Source: Burkholderiales bacterium
GTDB taxonomy: Bacteria > Pseudomonadota > Gammaproteobacteria > Burkholderiales > SG8-39
Length of the DNA: 64,000 bases
Assembly (NCBI GenBank): GCA_035308765.1
Contig: DATGGA010000021.1
Span: 41,894-105,893, forward strand
Direction of reading: 5' to 3'
Part shown: piece after piece, positions 39,247 through 48,523 of the stretch
Layout of the letters: each line of letters starts with the position of its first letter
Position numbering within the stretch: position 1 is the stretch's first letter
Made by a program: the position numbers and the translations under genes
The notes under the pieces: generated by a model
Told to the model about the DNA's origin: nothing
What the model saw: the letters and a program-made list of their open reading frames with translations, nothing else
Databases searched by the model: none

Positions 39247-39270
39247 TTCCCCTCATCCTGAGGAGCCATC

Positions 39271-40998
39271 GTGAAGAAAAAGAAGCCCGAGGAACTGCGC
39301 TCCCACCGCTGGTTCGGCGTCAAGGACCTGCGCTCCTTCGGCCACCGCTCGCGCGCCGCGCAGATGGGCTACGACCGCACGGATTACGCGGGCAAGCCGG
39401 TAATCGCGATCATCAACACCTGGTCGGACATCAACCACTGCCACACGCACTTCCGGCAGCGCGCCGAGGAAGTGAAGCGAGGCATCTGGCAGGCGGGCGG
39501 CTTTCCGCTGGAGATGCCGGCGATGGCGCTGGCCGAAACCATGCAGAAGCCCACCACCATGATGTACCGCAACTTCCTCGCCATGGAGACGGAGGAACTG
39601 CTGCGCTCCTACCCTGCGGACGGCTGCGTGCTGATGGGCGGCTGCGACAAGACGACGCCGGCGCTCATCATGGGCGCGACCAGCATGAACCTGCCGGCGA
39701 TCTATCTGCCGGCGGGACCGATGCTGAACAGCCACTGGCGCGACCAGACTCTGGGCTCCGGCTCCGACACCTGGAAATACTGGGATGAGCTGCGCGCGGG
39801 GCGCATCACCGAGCGCGAATGGCAGGACATCGAGGACACCATCGCGCGCTCGCCGGGCACCTGCATGACCATGGGCACGGCGGCGACCATGATGTCGCTC
39901 GCCGAAGCGCTCGGCTTCACCCTGCCCGGCTATTCCTCGATTCCCGCGCCCGACTCGAACCACGCACGCATGGCCACGCTTACTGGCAAGCGCATCGTCG
40001 AGATGGTGTGGGAGGACTACAAGCCGCGGGATTTCCTGTCCAAGGGCTCCTTCGACAACGCCATCACCACGCTGATGGCGATGGGCGGCTCGACCAACGC
40101 GGTCGTGCACTTGGTCGCGATGGCCGGCCGCGCCGGGCTGCCGTTTTCGCTCGATCGCTACAACGAGATCTCGGCGAAGGTGCCGGTGATCGCCAACGTG
40201 CGGCCGTCAGGCAGCAAATACCTGATGGAAGATTTTTTCTACGCCGGCGGCCTGCGCGCCCTGCTCTTTTCATTGAAAGATCTTCTCGACCTGAAGGCCA
40301 AGACCGTCAACGGCAAAACCCTGGGAGAGAACATCGAGGGCGCGAAAGTCTGGAACCCGGACGTGATCCTGACTCGCGACAGGCCGCTGAAGAAATCCGG
40401 CGGCCTCGTGATGCTGCGCGGCAGCCTCGCCCCCGACGGCGCGGTGCTGAAGACCAGCGCGGCGGACCCTAAGCTCCTGCAGCACACAGGCCGCGCGGTG
40501 GTGTTCGAGGACTACAACGACATGTCGGCACGCATCGATACCGATGAGCTGGACGTGGACGCGAACTGCGTGCTGGTGCTAAAGAACGCCGGCCCGCTGG
40601 GCGGCCCTGGCTTTCCCGAGTGGGGCATGCTGCCAATGCCGAAAAAACTCATCAAGCAGGGCGTCAAGGACATGGTGCGGATCTCGGACGGCCGCATGAG
40701 CGGCACCAGTTACGGGACGTGCGTGCTCCATGTCGCCCCCGAGGCCTTCATCGGGGGCCCACTGGCGCTCGTCAGGAACGGGGACCTCATAGAACTTGAC
40801 GTCGAGAAAAAAGCGCTCAATCTCAAGATTTCAGATGCGGAGATGGCAAAACGCAAGGCCGCCTGGAAGCGCCCGCCGATCAAATACGAACGCAGCTACG
40901 GCGCCATCTTCTCGCGTCACGTGAAGCAGGCGAACGAAGGCTGCGACTTCGACTTCCTCGAGGGCACCGCGCCTACCGCGGATCCTGAGATCCACTAA
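39271..40998 (+). CDS. IlvD/Edd-family dehydratase (aldonate/dihydroxy-acid dehydratase type)
   Basis: 575 aa. Fe-S ligand context [15 protein letters not shown]. Family-typical [11 protein letters not shown] and SDGRMSG motifs. Confidence 0.9.
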   Translation: MKKKKPEELRSHRWFGVKDLRSFGHRSRAAQMGYDRTDYAGKPVIAIINTWSDINHCHTHFRQRAEEVKRGIWQAGGFPLEMPAMALAETMQKPTTMMYRNFLAMETEELLRSYPADGCVLMGGCDKTTPALIMGATSMNLPAIYLPAGPMLNSHWRDQTLGSGSDTWKYWDELRAGRITEREWQDIEDTIARSPGTCMTMGTAATMMSLAEALGFTLPGYSSIPAPDSNHARMATLTGKRIVEMVWEDYKPRDFLSKGSFDNAITTLMAMGGSTNAVVHLVAMAGRAGLPFSLDRYNEISAKVPVIANVRPSGSKYLMEDFFYAGGLRALLFSLKDLLDLKAKTVNGKTLGENIEGAKVWNPDVILTRDRPLKKSGGLVMLRGSLAPDGAVLKTSAADPKLLQHTGRAVVFEDYNDMSARIDTDELDVDANCVLVLKNAGPLGGPGFPEWGMLPMPKKLIKQGVKDMVRISDGRMSGTSYGTCVLHVAPEAFIGGPLALVRNGDLIELDVEKKALNLKISDAEMAKRKAAWKRPPIKYERSYGAIFSRHVKQANEGCDFDFLEGTAPTADPEIH

Positions 40999-40999
40999 C

Positions 41000-41296
41000 G
41001 TGGTGGAAGCTCCGCCGATCACGCACCTGCGCGCGGATCAACGCGGTGCGTTCATCATGGAACGCGACGGCCGGCGGCTGGGGGAACTGACGTACACGAT
41101 GGCCGGCGCCCGCATAACCATCCATCACACCGAGGTCGATACCGCATTGCGCGGCACCGGCGCGGCGAGGAAGCTGGTGGACGCCGCCGTGCAATGGGTC
41201 CGTACGGAAAACATGGGGATCGAGTCGCGTTGCGACTATGCAAGCGCGGTGTTTGCGAAGACGCCCGCGGCCTACGCTGACGTGCTGGCGGGCTAG
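41000..41296 (+). CDS. Small GNAT-family N-acetyltransferase (YjdJ-like)
   Basis: 98 aa. Core HTEVDTALRGTGAARKLVDAAVQW resembles the acetyl-CoA binding segment of the ~90-aa GNAT subfamily. GTG start. Confidence 0.65.
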   Translation: MVEAPPITHLRADQRGAFIMERDGRRLGELTYTMAGARITIHHTEVDTALRGTGAARKLVDAAVQWVRTENMGIESRCDYASAVFAKTPAAYADVLAG

Positions 41297-41304
41297 GGCC
41301 CGTC

Positions 41305-41796
41305 TCAGAGAACTACTGGCGCATCCGGCAGTTCGTTGGGGTTGTCGCCCGCCCGCGCGGGGAAATGCTGCGTGAGCAGGTCGCTCACCGCCGCAAGCCC
41401 CGTAAATACGCCCGCCTCGAAACGTCCAGTGGCAAACTCCTGCTGCATGGCGCCGCAGATCGTCTCCCATGCCGTATCGCCTACCCTGGCGTGGATGCCG
41501 CGGTCGGCGACGATCTCTACGCGCCGGTCGGCGAGCAGCAGGTAAATCAGCACGCCCGCATTGTCCTCGGTATCCCAGACGCGCAGCCGCGTAAAAATGT
41601 CCAGCGCACGCTCGCGGGCCGTGCGCCCCGCGAGCAGCGCCTGCAGCGACAGCCCGCCCTCGACGGCGACGCGCAGTTGGCCGCGATGGCGCTTTTCCTG
41701 CGCGGTGACGCTGCGCCCGATGGATTGCAGCGTCGCGCGCGGAAAAGCGCGCTTGAGCGCTGCGTGGTCGAGAAAGAGGTGATGGATCCAGCGCAT
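41305..41796 (-). CDS. TPM-domain protein (cytoplasmic type)
   Basis: 163 aa. TPM/TLP18.3-like core (GVLIYLLLADRRVEIVADRGI). Third gene of the lemA operon. Confidence 0.8.
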   Translation of the reverse strand: MRWIHHLFLDHAALKRAFPRATLQSIGRSVTAQEKRHRGQLRVAVEGGLSLQALLAGRTARERALDIFTRLRVWDTEDNAGVLIYLLLADRRVEIVADRGIHARVGDTAWETICGAMQQEFATGRFEAGVFTGLAAVSDLLTQHFPARAGDNPNELPDAPVVL

Positions 41797-41805
41797 CGCG
41801 TCCGC

Positions 41806-42645
41806 CTACCAGCGTCCCGAGGCGCCACCGCCGCCGAAGCCGCCGCCACCGCCCCAGCTCGGAGAGGAGCCGCCCGAAAAGCCGCCGCCTCCGCTCGACC
41901 AGCCGCTGCCGCCGCCTATCGAACCCGTGTTGGTAAAGACCAGGACAAAGCCGATCAGCGCTGCGAGCGCTGCGATGCCCATGCCGAACATCAGCCACGC
42001 GATCAGGCCGAGGCCGGCGCCGGCGGCGAGGGATCCCGGGAAGCGCCCGAGCATCGCCTTGAGAATTCCACCCACCACGGCCATGAAAATGATCGCGGGA
42101 ACGATGTATTGGACTGCGTCGCTCTCGGAGCGCGCCTGAGGCGCCGATGCCCGCGGCGGCGGCAGCTTCTCGCCCTCCGCCAGCTTGATCAGCTGGTCCA
42201 CCCCGTCGCGCACGCCGCCGTAGAAATCGCCGTCGCGGAAGTGCGGCGTGATGCGCTCGTCGATCACGCGCCGCGCCACCGAATCGGGGATCGCGCCCTC
42301 CAGCCCGTATCCGATCTCGATGCGCACGCGCCGGTCGTCCTTGGCGACGATCAGGATCAGGCCGTCGTCCGCGCCTTTGCGGCCGATCTTCCAGGCATCG
42401 GCGACGCGGATCGAGTACTGCTCGATCTCTTCGGGTTTGGTCGTCGGCAGCAACAGCACCGCGATCTGGCTGCCGCGCCGTGCCTCGTAGGCCGCGATGC
42501 GCGATTCGATATCGCTCTTCTGCTGCGCCTTCAGCGTCCCGGTGAGATCCGTAACGCGCGCCTTGAGATCGGGCACCGGCACATCCGCGCGCGCCGCGCC
42601 GAGCAGCGCCGCAAAGGTCAGCAGCGCGGCAAAGAAATGCCGCAT
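41806..42645 (-). CDS. TPM-domain protein YgcG-like (signal peptide, TM, Gly-rich tail)
   Basis: 279 aa. Signal peptide. TPM core (GSQIAVLLLPTT...GLILIVAKDDRRVRIEIGYGLEG). TM helices. GGGSGWSSGGGGFSGG tail. Confidence 0.85.
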   Translation of the reverse strand: MRHFFAALLTFAALLGAARADVPVPDLKARVTDLTGTLKAQQKSDIESRIAAYEARRGSQIAVLLLPTTKPEEIEQYSIRVADAWKIGRKGADDGLILIVAKDDRRVRIEIGYGLEGAIPDSVARRVIDERITPHFRDGDFYGGVRDGVDQLIKLAEGEKLPPPRASAPQARSESDAVQYIVPAIIFMAVVGGILKAMLGRFPGSLAAGAGLGLIAWLMFGMGIAALAALIGFVLVFTNTGSIGGGSGWSSGGGGFSGGSSPSWGGGGGFGGGGASGRW

Positions 42646-42658
42646 TTGAGCCCCGCCC

Positions 42659-43255
42659 TTACTTCGCCGCTGGCTTGCTGAAATCGACCTTCGGCGGTGC
42701 CGCGATCGCCTTCTCGTTCTCGACCGAGAAATTGGCCTTCGGCTTGTAGCCGAACATCATCGCGGTGAGGTTGGTTGGGAACTGGCGCGCGAGAATGTTG
42801 TAACCCTCCACCGTCTTGATATAGCGGCCGCGCGCCACCGCGATGCGGTTCTCCGCGCCCGCCAATTCCACGCGCAGTTCGCCAAACTGCTTGGTCGCGG
42901 TGAGCTGCGGATAGTTTTCCGCCACTGCCAGCAGCCGCGACAGCGCGCCGGTCATCTGCGACTGCGCTGCCTGGAACTTCGCGAACGCTTCGGGATCGTT
43001 GATCAGTTCCGGCGTCGCCTTGATCGAAGACACCGAGGCCCGGGCATTGGTGATCTCCGCCAGCGTGCTTTTCTCGAAGTCCGCCGCCCCCTGCACCGTG
43101 GCGACCAGGTTCGGAATCAGGTCGGCGCGCCGCTGGTAGTTATTGAGCACCTCAGACCAAGCGGCCTTGACGCCCTCGTCCTGGCGCTGGAAGTCGTTGT
43201 ATCCGCAGCCCGAAAGCGACAGAGCAGCGATCAGGGCAAGCAGCAATTTGCGCAT
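42659..43255 (-). CDS. lemA: LemA family protein
   Basis: 198 aa. Lipobox LSLSGC. WSEVLNNYQRRADLIPNLV is typical of LemA. Confidence 0.92.
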   Translation of the reverse strand: MRKLLLALIAALSLSGCGYNDFQRQDEGVKAAWSEVLNNYQRRADLIPNLVATVQGAADFEKSTLAEITNARASVSSIKATPELINDPEAFAKFQAAQSQMTGALSRLLAVAENYPQLTATKQFGELRVELAGAENRIAVARGRYIKTVEGYNILARQFPTNLTAMMFGYKPKANFSVENEKAIAAPPKVDFSKPAAK

Positions 43256-43326
43256 GGGTCAATCCTCCGGAATTCGAGAGCTATGTCCTCAATCTGAGGG
43301 CTGGTCGCTCCGATTGCAAGGAGCCG

Positions 43327-43815
43327 TCAACGCCCCGGCGAAGTCCGCAGCCATCGAAGTTGCAATGCGAGTCCGATCAGGTACGCCAGCGTCAGCCCGC
43401 TGATGATGTCCTTGAATATGAAGGCGTTCGCAGCCGTCACCAGCGGCGCGCCCGGCGGCAGGCGGGTCAGTGTCTCCGCCGACCCGGTGATCATGTGGAT
43501 CAGCATGGTGGACGAATAGAAGATCGCCTGCACGTAGCGCGACGCGCGGCCGAACAGCGGCGTTGTCGCCGCAAGCGTGCCGATGGCAATGACGATCAGG
43601 GTGGCGACGGCGAACTTGTGCCCGATGCGAAAGTCGCCGTGCCGGAAGATCATGAGCGCGGTCACTGCCGTAAGCGCGGTTGCCAGCAGGTAGAGCTGCC
43701 CGAGCCGGTTCGAGAACAGGATCTGCCGGTCGCGGACGAACGCCCAGAACCCGGCGACGATGGCGACCAGGCTGATGGCGGTGTGAATGGTCCCGAGTAC
43801 CGTAAGACCGAACAT
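43327..43815 (-). CDS. Hypothetical integral membrane protein (about 5 TM)
   Basis: 162 aa, hydrophobic helices throughout, high GC3 consistent with real coding. No motif recognised. Confidence 0.55.
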   Translation of the reverse strand: MFGLTVLGTIHTAISLVAIVAGFWAFVRDRQILFSNRLGQLYLLATALTAVTALMIFRHGDFRIGHKFAVATLIVIAIGTLAATTPLFGRASRYVQAIFYSSTMLIHMITGSAETLTRLPPGAPLVTAANAFIFKDIISGLTLAYLIGLALQLRWLRTSPGR

Positions 43816-43824
43816 GCCGGTTTC

Positions 43825-44895
43825 TCAGCCCCCGGCCGCGAGCTTGTCGAGGGTTGCACGCGCGACTTTGAGTTTCGCGCCGGCGGCCGCAATTTCCGCC
43901 CAGGTATTGTCGTCCACCGAGATGCCGTCGCGCTCGCGTTTCGCGCGCGTCTCCCGTTCAGGCTCGCCCGCGATGCGCACCTTGTCGACGCCGGGCGCGG
44001 TGGGCGACTTGCGCAGCGATTCGAGAAACGCCGTGGTTTCGCTCGCGAACGCATCCGCAGTGCCGAGGCGCTTCGGATCGATGAGGATCGTCAGCATGCC
44101 GTTCCAGACGCGCTTCTTGGAGCGGTCTTCCGAATGCCAAGTGCCGCCGCCGGTAAGCGCGCCGCCGAGCAGCTCGCACACGACCGCCAGTCCATAGCCC
44201 TTGTGCAGGCCGAAGGTGCGCAGCGCGCCGAAAGGTTCGATAACCCCGAACTTCGGATCGGACGTCGGCCTGCCCTGGTCGTCGATCAGCCACTCCGGCG
44301 AAACCTTCTCGCGCTTGTTGTGCGCGACGCGGATCTTGCCCTGGGCCACGGCGCTGGTAGCCATGTCGAGGATGAACGGCGGCTCGTTCGGGACCGGGAT
44401 GCCCACGGTCATCGGATTGGTGCCGAAGCGCGCGTCCGCGCCGCCGTAGGGCGCGACGATGGAGCGCGAAATCACGTTGGTAAAGTGCAGCGACACCAGG
44501 CCCGCCGCCACCGCCTGCTCGGCCCATTGGCCGATGCGGCACAGGTGGTGCGAATGCCCGAGGCCCATCACGCACATGCCGTGCTGTTTCGCGCGCGCGA
44601 TGCCGATTTCCATCGCTTCCAGGCCGATCACCTGGCCGTAACCCGCCTGGCCGTCGAGCGAAATCATGGCGCCGCCGTCGAACACCATCTTCGGGTGCTG
44701 GTTGACCTTGAGTCCGCCCTCGAGCAGCGACTCGATGTAGCGCGGGATCATGCCGACACCGTGCGAGTCGTGCCCGGTCAGGTTCGCGGCGACGAGGTTC
44801 GCGGCGACGATCCCCGCCTCGCGCGCATCGCTGCCGCCGGCAAGAACGATTGCCTGGATTGCCTTTGCCAGAGAGTCTTTTTTATATAGGGGCAT
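43825..44895 (-). CDS. Ldh2-family (malate/L-lactate/sulfolactate type) NAD(P)H-dependent oxidoreductase
   Basis: 356 aa. GHDSHGVGMIPRY and GLGHSHH segments are typical of the Ldh_2 family. Confidence 0.88.
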   Translation of the reverse strand: MPLYKKDSLAKAIQAIVLAGGSDAREAGIVAANLVAANLTGHDSHGVGMIPRYIESLLEGGLKVNQHPKMVFDGGAMISLDGQAGYGQVIGLEAMEIGIARAKQHGMCVMGLGHSHHLCRIGQWAEQAVAAGLVSLHFTNVISRSIVAPYGGADARFGTNPMTVGIPVPNEPPFILDMATSAVAQGKIRVAHNKREKVSPEWLIDDQGRPTSDPKFGVIEPFGALRTFGLHKGYGLAVVCELLGGALTGGGTWHSEDRSKKRVWNGMLTILIDPKRLGTADAFASETTAFLESLRKSPTAPGVDKVRIAGEPERETRAKRERDGISVDDNTWAEIAAAGAKLKVARATLDKLAAGG

Positions 44896-44924
44896 GTCCT
44901 GAGGGGTTTCTGGGGATCAGGGTC

Positions 44925-44935
44925 GAGTTTACAAT
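44925..44935 (+). promoter_or_regulatory. Shared promoter-like motif GAGTTTACAAT (copy 2, upstream of Bug-aldolase-dehydrogenase genes)
   Basis: GAGTTTACAATGTCCCGCC-ATG. -10-like TACAAT at 44930-44935, only 8 nt before ATG 44944. Confidence 0.4.
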
Positions 44936-44943
44936 GTCCCGCC

Positions 44944-45912
44944 ATGAAAACACGTCTACGCACGATCTTCGCCGCCGCCTGCATGCTCACCGCATTCGCT
45001 GCGCCGGCGCAGAACTATCCCGCCAAGCCGATCCGCATCGTCGTCCCCTTCACCGCCGGCGGCACCTCCGACATTCTCGCGCGCGCCACCGGGCCGAAAA
45101 TCACCGAGGCCTGGGGCCAGCCGGTGATCGTCGAGAACAGGACCGGTGCCAACGGCAACGTCGGCGCCGAATTCGTCGCCCGATCGGCGCCGGACGGCTA
45201 CACCATGCTGCTGTCCGACGTCGGCGCGCTGTCGATCAACCCGAGCGTCTATCCCGACATGACTTTCGATCCGGCGAAGGACTTCTCGCCCATCATCATG
45301 GTGTCCTACTCGCCGCACGTGCTGGCGGTGCATCCGTCGCTGCCGGTGACGAACGTCAAGGAACTCATCGCCTACGCCAAGGCCAATCCGGGCAAGCTCA
45401 ACTTCGCCAACTCGGGCACCGGCGGCGCGCCGCACCTGGCAGGCGTCGAATTCGCGGCGCGCACCGGAGTGCAATGGGTCTACATCCCGTACAAAGGCGG
45501 CTCCGCTGCGGTGACCGACGTGATCGCCGGCAACGCCAACGTGCTCTTCAACGGCATGCTCGCCACTTACCCGTCGGTGAAAAGCGGCCGTCTGCGGGGG
45601 CTGGCGGTTTCCAGCGCGCAGCGCGTCGCCTCTGCGCCCGAGCTGCCTACCGTGGCTGAGTCCGGGGTGCCCGGCTTCGAAACCGGCTCCTACCAGGGCT
45701 TGCTGGCCGCAGCCGGCACGCCGCACGACATCGTGCTGAAGCTCAACGCCGAACTGTCGCGGATCCTCAACACGCCGGAGATGAAGGAATTCCTTGCCAA
45801 GCAGGGCACCGAAGTGCGCACCGGACCACCCGAGGCGCTTGGTACTTTCATCGTCAAGGAAAAAGCGCGCTGGGCAAAGGTCGTAAAAGAAGCCGGCATC
45901 AAGGCCGACTGA
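44944..45912 (+). CDS. Bug-family (TctC-like) tripartite tricarboxylate transporter substrate-binding protein
   Basis: 322 aa. Signal peptide. YPAKPIRIVVPFTAGGTSDILAR signature. Confidence 0.9.
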   Translation: MKTRLRTIFAAACMLTAFAAPAQNYPAKPIRIVVPFTAGGTSDILARATGPKITEAWGQPVIVENRTGANGNVGAEFVARSAPDGYTMLLSDVGALSINPSVYPDMTFDPAKDFSPIIMVSYSPHVLAVHPSLPVTNVKELIAYAKANPGKLNFANSGTGGAPHLAGVEFAARTGVQWVYIPYKGGSAAVTDVIAGNANVLFNGMLATYPSVKSGRLRGLAVSSAQRVASAPELPTVAESGVPGFETGSYQGLLAAAGTPHDIVLKLNAELSRILNTPEMKEFLAKQGTEVRTGPPEALGTFIVKEKARWAKVVKEAGIKAD

Positions 45913-45938
45913 CAACAACAAGGAACACGAGGATACGC

Positions 45939-46697
45939 ATGGAACTCCCGCAGAACGCGTTCAAGCGCGCCATCAAGGCCGGCAAAACACAGATAGGCCT
46001 CTGGTCCAGCCTGTCGTCCAACTACTCGGTGGAAGTGATCGCCGGCGCCGGCTACGACTGGCTCCTGCTCGACAGCGAGCACTCGCCGAACGATCTCGAG
46101 TCGCTGCTCAGCCAACTGCAGGCGGCGGCGGCCTATCCGACCTCGTCGGTCGTGCGCGTGCCCTGGAACGACATGGTGAACATCAAGCGCGTGCTGGACG
46201 CGGGCGCGCAGTCGCTGCTGATCCCTTACGTCTGCAGTCCCGAGGAAGCCAGGGCCGCGGTTGCGGCGACGCGCTATCCGCCGGCAGGAGTGCGCGGCGT
46301 CGCGGGCACCACGCGGGCGTCGCGCTTCGGCCGCGTCAAGGACTACGCCAAGCGCGCGCACGAGGAAATCTGCGTGCTGGTGCAGGTGGAAACCAAGCCA
46401 GCGCTCGACCAGCTGGAGGCGATCTGCGCGGTGGATGGCGTCGATGGCGTATTCATCGGCCCGGCCGACCTGCATGCCTCGATGGGCTACCCCGGCGAGA
46501 CCGCGAACCCGGCAGTGCTGCCGCTGATCGAGGAAGCGATGCGGCGCATCCGCAAGGCGGGCAAGGCACCCGGCTACCTGTCCCCCGTCGAAGCCGATTG
46601 CAAGCGCATGCTGGCCGCCGGTTGCCTGTTCTGCGCCGTCGGCGCGGATATCGGTCTGCTGGCGCGAGGCGCGGAAGCGCTACGCGCGAAGTTCTGA
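45939..46697 (+). CDS. HpcH/HpaI-family 2-keto-3-deoxy-acid aldolase
   Basis: 252 aa. NAFKRAIKAGKTQIGLW...DWLLLDSEHSPN and PPAGVRG segments are typical of class II HpcH/HpaI/RhmA aldolases. Confidence 0.9.
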   Translation: MELPQNAFKRAIKAGKTQIGLWSSLSSNYSVEVIAGAGYDWLLLDSEHSPNDLESLLSQLQAAAAYPTSSVVRVPWNDMVNIKRVLDAGAQSLLIPYVCSPEEARAAVAATRYPPAGVRGVAGTTRASRFGRVKDYAKRAHEEICVLVQVETKPALDQLEAICAVDGVDGVFIGPADLHASMGYPGETANPAVLPLIEEAMRRIRKAGKAPGYLSPVEADCKRMLAAGCLFCAVGADIGLLARGAEALRAKF

Positions 46698-46736
46698 GCG
46701 CGTCCTTCGCGGCAAAATTCAACAGCTAGGACATCG

Positions 46737-47672
46737 ATGAAACACGAAATCATCATCACCGCCCAAGGCCACAAGGGCACCCTGGAGCGGCTGCAGAACG
46801 AGTTTTCCGCCGTGAATCTCTGGGAGGCCGCCGATCGCGATGCCGCGCTCAAGTCGGCGGCAGGCCGGCGCGGACTGGCGCATTTCGGCCATTCGAAAGT
46901 GGACGGCAGGCTGATGGATGCGCTGCCCAAGCTGGAGATCATTTCCAACTTCGGCGTCGGCGTGGACCAGATCGATCTCGACGCGGCGAAGAAGCGGAAC
47001 ATCATCGTCACCAACACCCCGGATGTGCTGAACGATTGCGTAGCCGATTGCGCGATGGCGCTGGTGCTGAACACGCTGCGCAAATTCCCGCAATCCGAGG
47101 GCTATCTGCGCTCGGGTTACTGGCCGACGCGCGGGCCATATCCGCTTACCACCTCGATCGGCGGCAAGACCATGGGCATCCTGGGCCTCGGGCGCATCGG
47201 CGAAGCGATCGCCAGGCGCGCACTGGGCTTCGGCATGAAGATCCGCTACCACAATCGCAACCAGAAGACCGTCCCCTATCCCTACGATGCCGACCTGGTG
47301 ACGCTGGCGAAGAATTCCGACGTGCTGATGATCGTGACGCCGGGCGGCGCGGAAACCGCGAAGCTGGTCAACGCCAAGGTGCTGGACGCGCTCGGGCCGC
47401 AGGGCTTCCTGGTCAACGTCGCGCGCGGCTCGGTGGTGGATGAGCCGGTGCTGCTGCGTTACCTGCAGGAGAGGAGAATCGCCGGCGCCGGGCTGGACGT
47501 GTTCGAGCACGAGCCGAAAGTGCCGCCGGAGTTTTTCTCGCTGGACAACGCCGTGCTGTTCCCGCACGTGGCTAGCGCCACGGCGGAGACGCGCAAGGCG
47601 ATGGGCGACCTGCAGGTCGAGAACCTGCACCTGCACTTCGCCGGCAAGCCGGTGAAAACGCGGGTGGTTTAG
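46737..47672 (+). CDS. D-isomer-specific 2-hydroxyacid dehydrogenase (glyoxylate/hydroxypyruvate reductase type)
   Basis: 311 aa. NAD fold [14 protein letters not shown]. Catalytic-region ARG...LDVFEHEP...PH. Confidence 0.9.
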   Translation: MKHEIIITAQGHKGTLERLQNEFSAVNLWEAADRDAALKSAAGRRGLAHFGHSKVDGRLMDALPKLEIISNFGVGVDQIDLDAAKKRNIIVTNTPDVLNDCVADCAMALVLNTLRKFPQSEGYLRSGYWPTRGPYPLTTSIGGKTMGILGLGRIGEAIARRALGFGMKIRYHNRNQKTVPYPYDADLVTLAKNSDVLMIVTPGGAETAKLVNAKVLDALGPQGFLVNVARGSVVDEPVLLRYLQERRIAGAGLDVFEHEPKVPPEFFSLDNAVLFPHVASATAETRKAMGDLQVENLHLHFAGKPVKTRVV

Positions 47673-48148
47673 GAAGAGCTAGCGCCGTTCCATGTCTGCA
47701 GCCAGTTCTGCAGGCCGACCTTCTGCATCAGCTCCAGCTGGGTTTCGAGGAAGTCGATGTGTTCTTCCTCCGACTCGAGGATGTCCTCGAGCAATTCCCG
47801 CGAGATGTAGTCGCCGACCGCTTCGCAGTGGGCGATGCCGTCCTTCAGCGCCGGGTGCGCCGCCAGTTCCATTTTCAGGTCGCACTTCAGCGCCTCTGGC
47901 GCGTCCTCGCCGATCATCAGCCTGCCCAGGTCCTGCAGGTTCGGCAGCCCTTCAAGGAACAGGATGCGCTCGATGAGCCGGTCAGCGTGCTTCATCTCGT
48001 CGATCGACTCCTTCTTCTCGTAGTCCTCGAGTTTCTTCAGGCCCCAGTTACCGAACATGCGGGCGTGGAGGAAGTACTGGTTGATCGCGGTGAGCTCGTT
48101 GTAGAGCACCTTGTTCAGGTGCTGGATGACTTTCTTGTCGCCTTTCAT
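47669..48148 (-). CDS. bfr: Bacterioferritin
   Basis: 159 aa. [31 protein letters not shown]. Ferroxidase ligands and the haem-binding Met are in context. Confidence 0.95.
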   Translation of the reverse strand: MKGDKKVIQHLNKVLYNELTAINQYFLHARMFGNWGLKKLEDYEKKESIDEMKHADRLIERILFLEGLPNLQDLGRLMIGEDAPEALKCDLKMELAAHPALKDGIAHCEAVGDYISRELLEDILESEEEHIDFLETQLELMQKVGLQNWLQTWNGASSS

Positions 48149-48211
48149 GGCGCCTCCCGCGTCAGCAGATGAGGCGAGTCTAGCGACGGAATTGTTCTCG
48201 TTGAGAGAAGC

Positions 48212-48403
48212 TCAGGCAGCCGCGGCGAGCGGCAGCGTGGAAGATTGAGACTCGTTCAGGATTTCCTTCGCAACCACGCGGCAACGGCCGCAGCCGGAGC
48301 CGACGCCGAGTTCCACCGACAACTCGTCGAGCGAGCAGCAGCCGCGTTGCGCGCATTCGCGCACGTCCCGCTCGGTGATCGCATTGCAGATGCAGATATA
48401 CAT
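48212..48403 (-). CDS. bfd: Bacterioferritin-associated ferredoxin
   Basis: 63 aa. BFD-like [2Fe-2S] Cys pattern MYICICNAITERD...CGRC. Confidence 0.9.
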   Translation of the reverse strand: MYICICNAITERDVRECAQRGCCSLDELSVELGVGSGCGRCRVVAKEILNESQSSTLPLAAAA

Positions 48404-48405
48404 AT

Positions 48406-48424
48406 GGGAATGATTATCATACTA
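48406..48424. promoter_or_regulatory. Fur box (bfd side)
   Basis: GGGAATGATTATCATACTA matches 13/19 of GATAATGATAATCATTATC (core AATGATTATCAT 11/12). Lies immediately upstream of the bfd start. Confidence 0.55.
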
Positions 48425-48523
48425 TTTGAGAACTGCTAGCAACCACTCATACATATGTGAGCATAAACTTACATATAACTATATGGTTTAATTATTTTAG
48501 TCTGTAATTCTATTCTTGACATC

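Noticed and set aside
39254-39262. TCCTGAGG shared by the 39.2-kb and 44.9-kb spacers as a second regulatory motif
   Set aside because: In one spacer it is simply part of the dehydratase RBS (GAGGAG). In the other it lies in the opposite-strand Ldh2 leader. The order relative to the 11-mer differs, and 8-mers recur by chance.
43360-44889. 509-aa plus-strand ORF
   Set aside because: It is antisense to the Ldh2-family gene and the 162-aa membrane protein gene, with no motifs. GC artefact.
44896-44909. 14-nt identity GTCCTGAGGGGTTT with the reverse complement of 60100-60113 (possible dispersed repeat/REP)
   Set aside because: By my rough count, about ten or more chance 14-mer matches are expected in 64 kb on both strands, and more with GC bias. 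The similarity stops after 14 nt. One copy is the 5'UTR of the Ldh2 gene and the other is a small hairpin between convergent genes.
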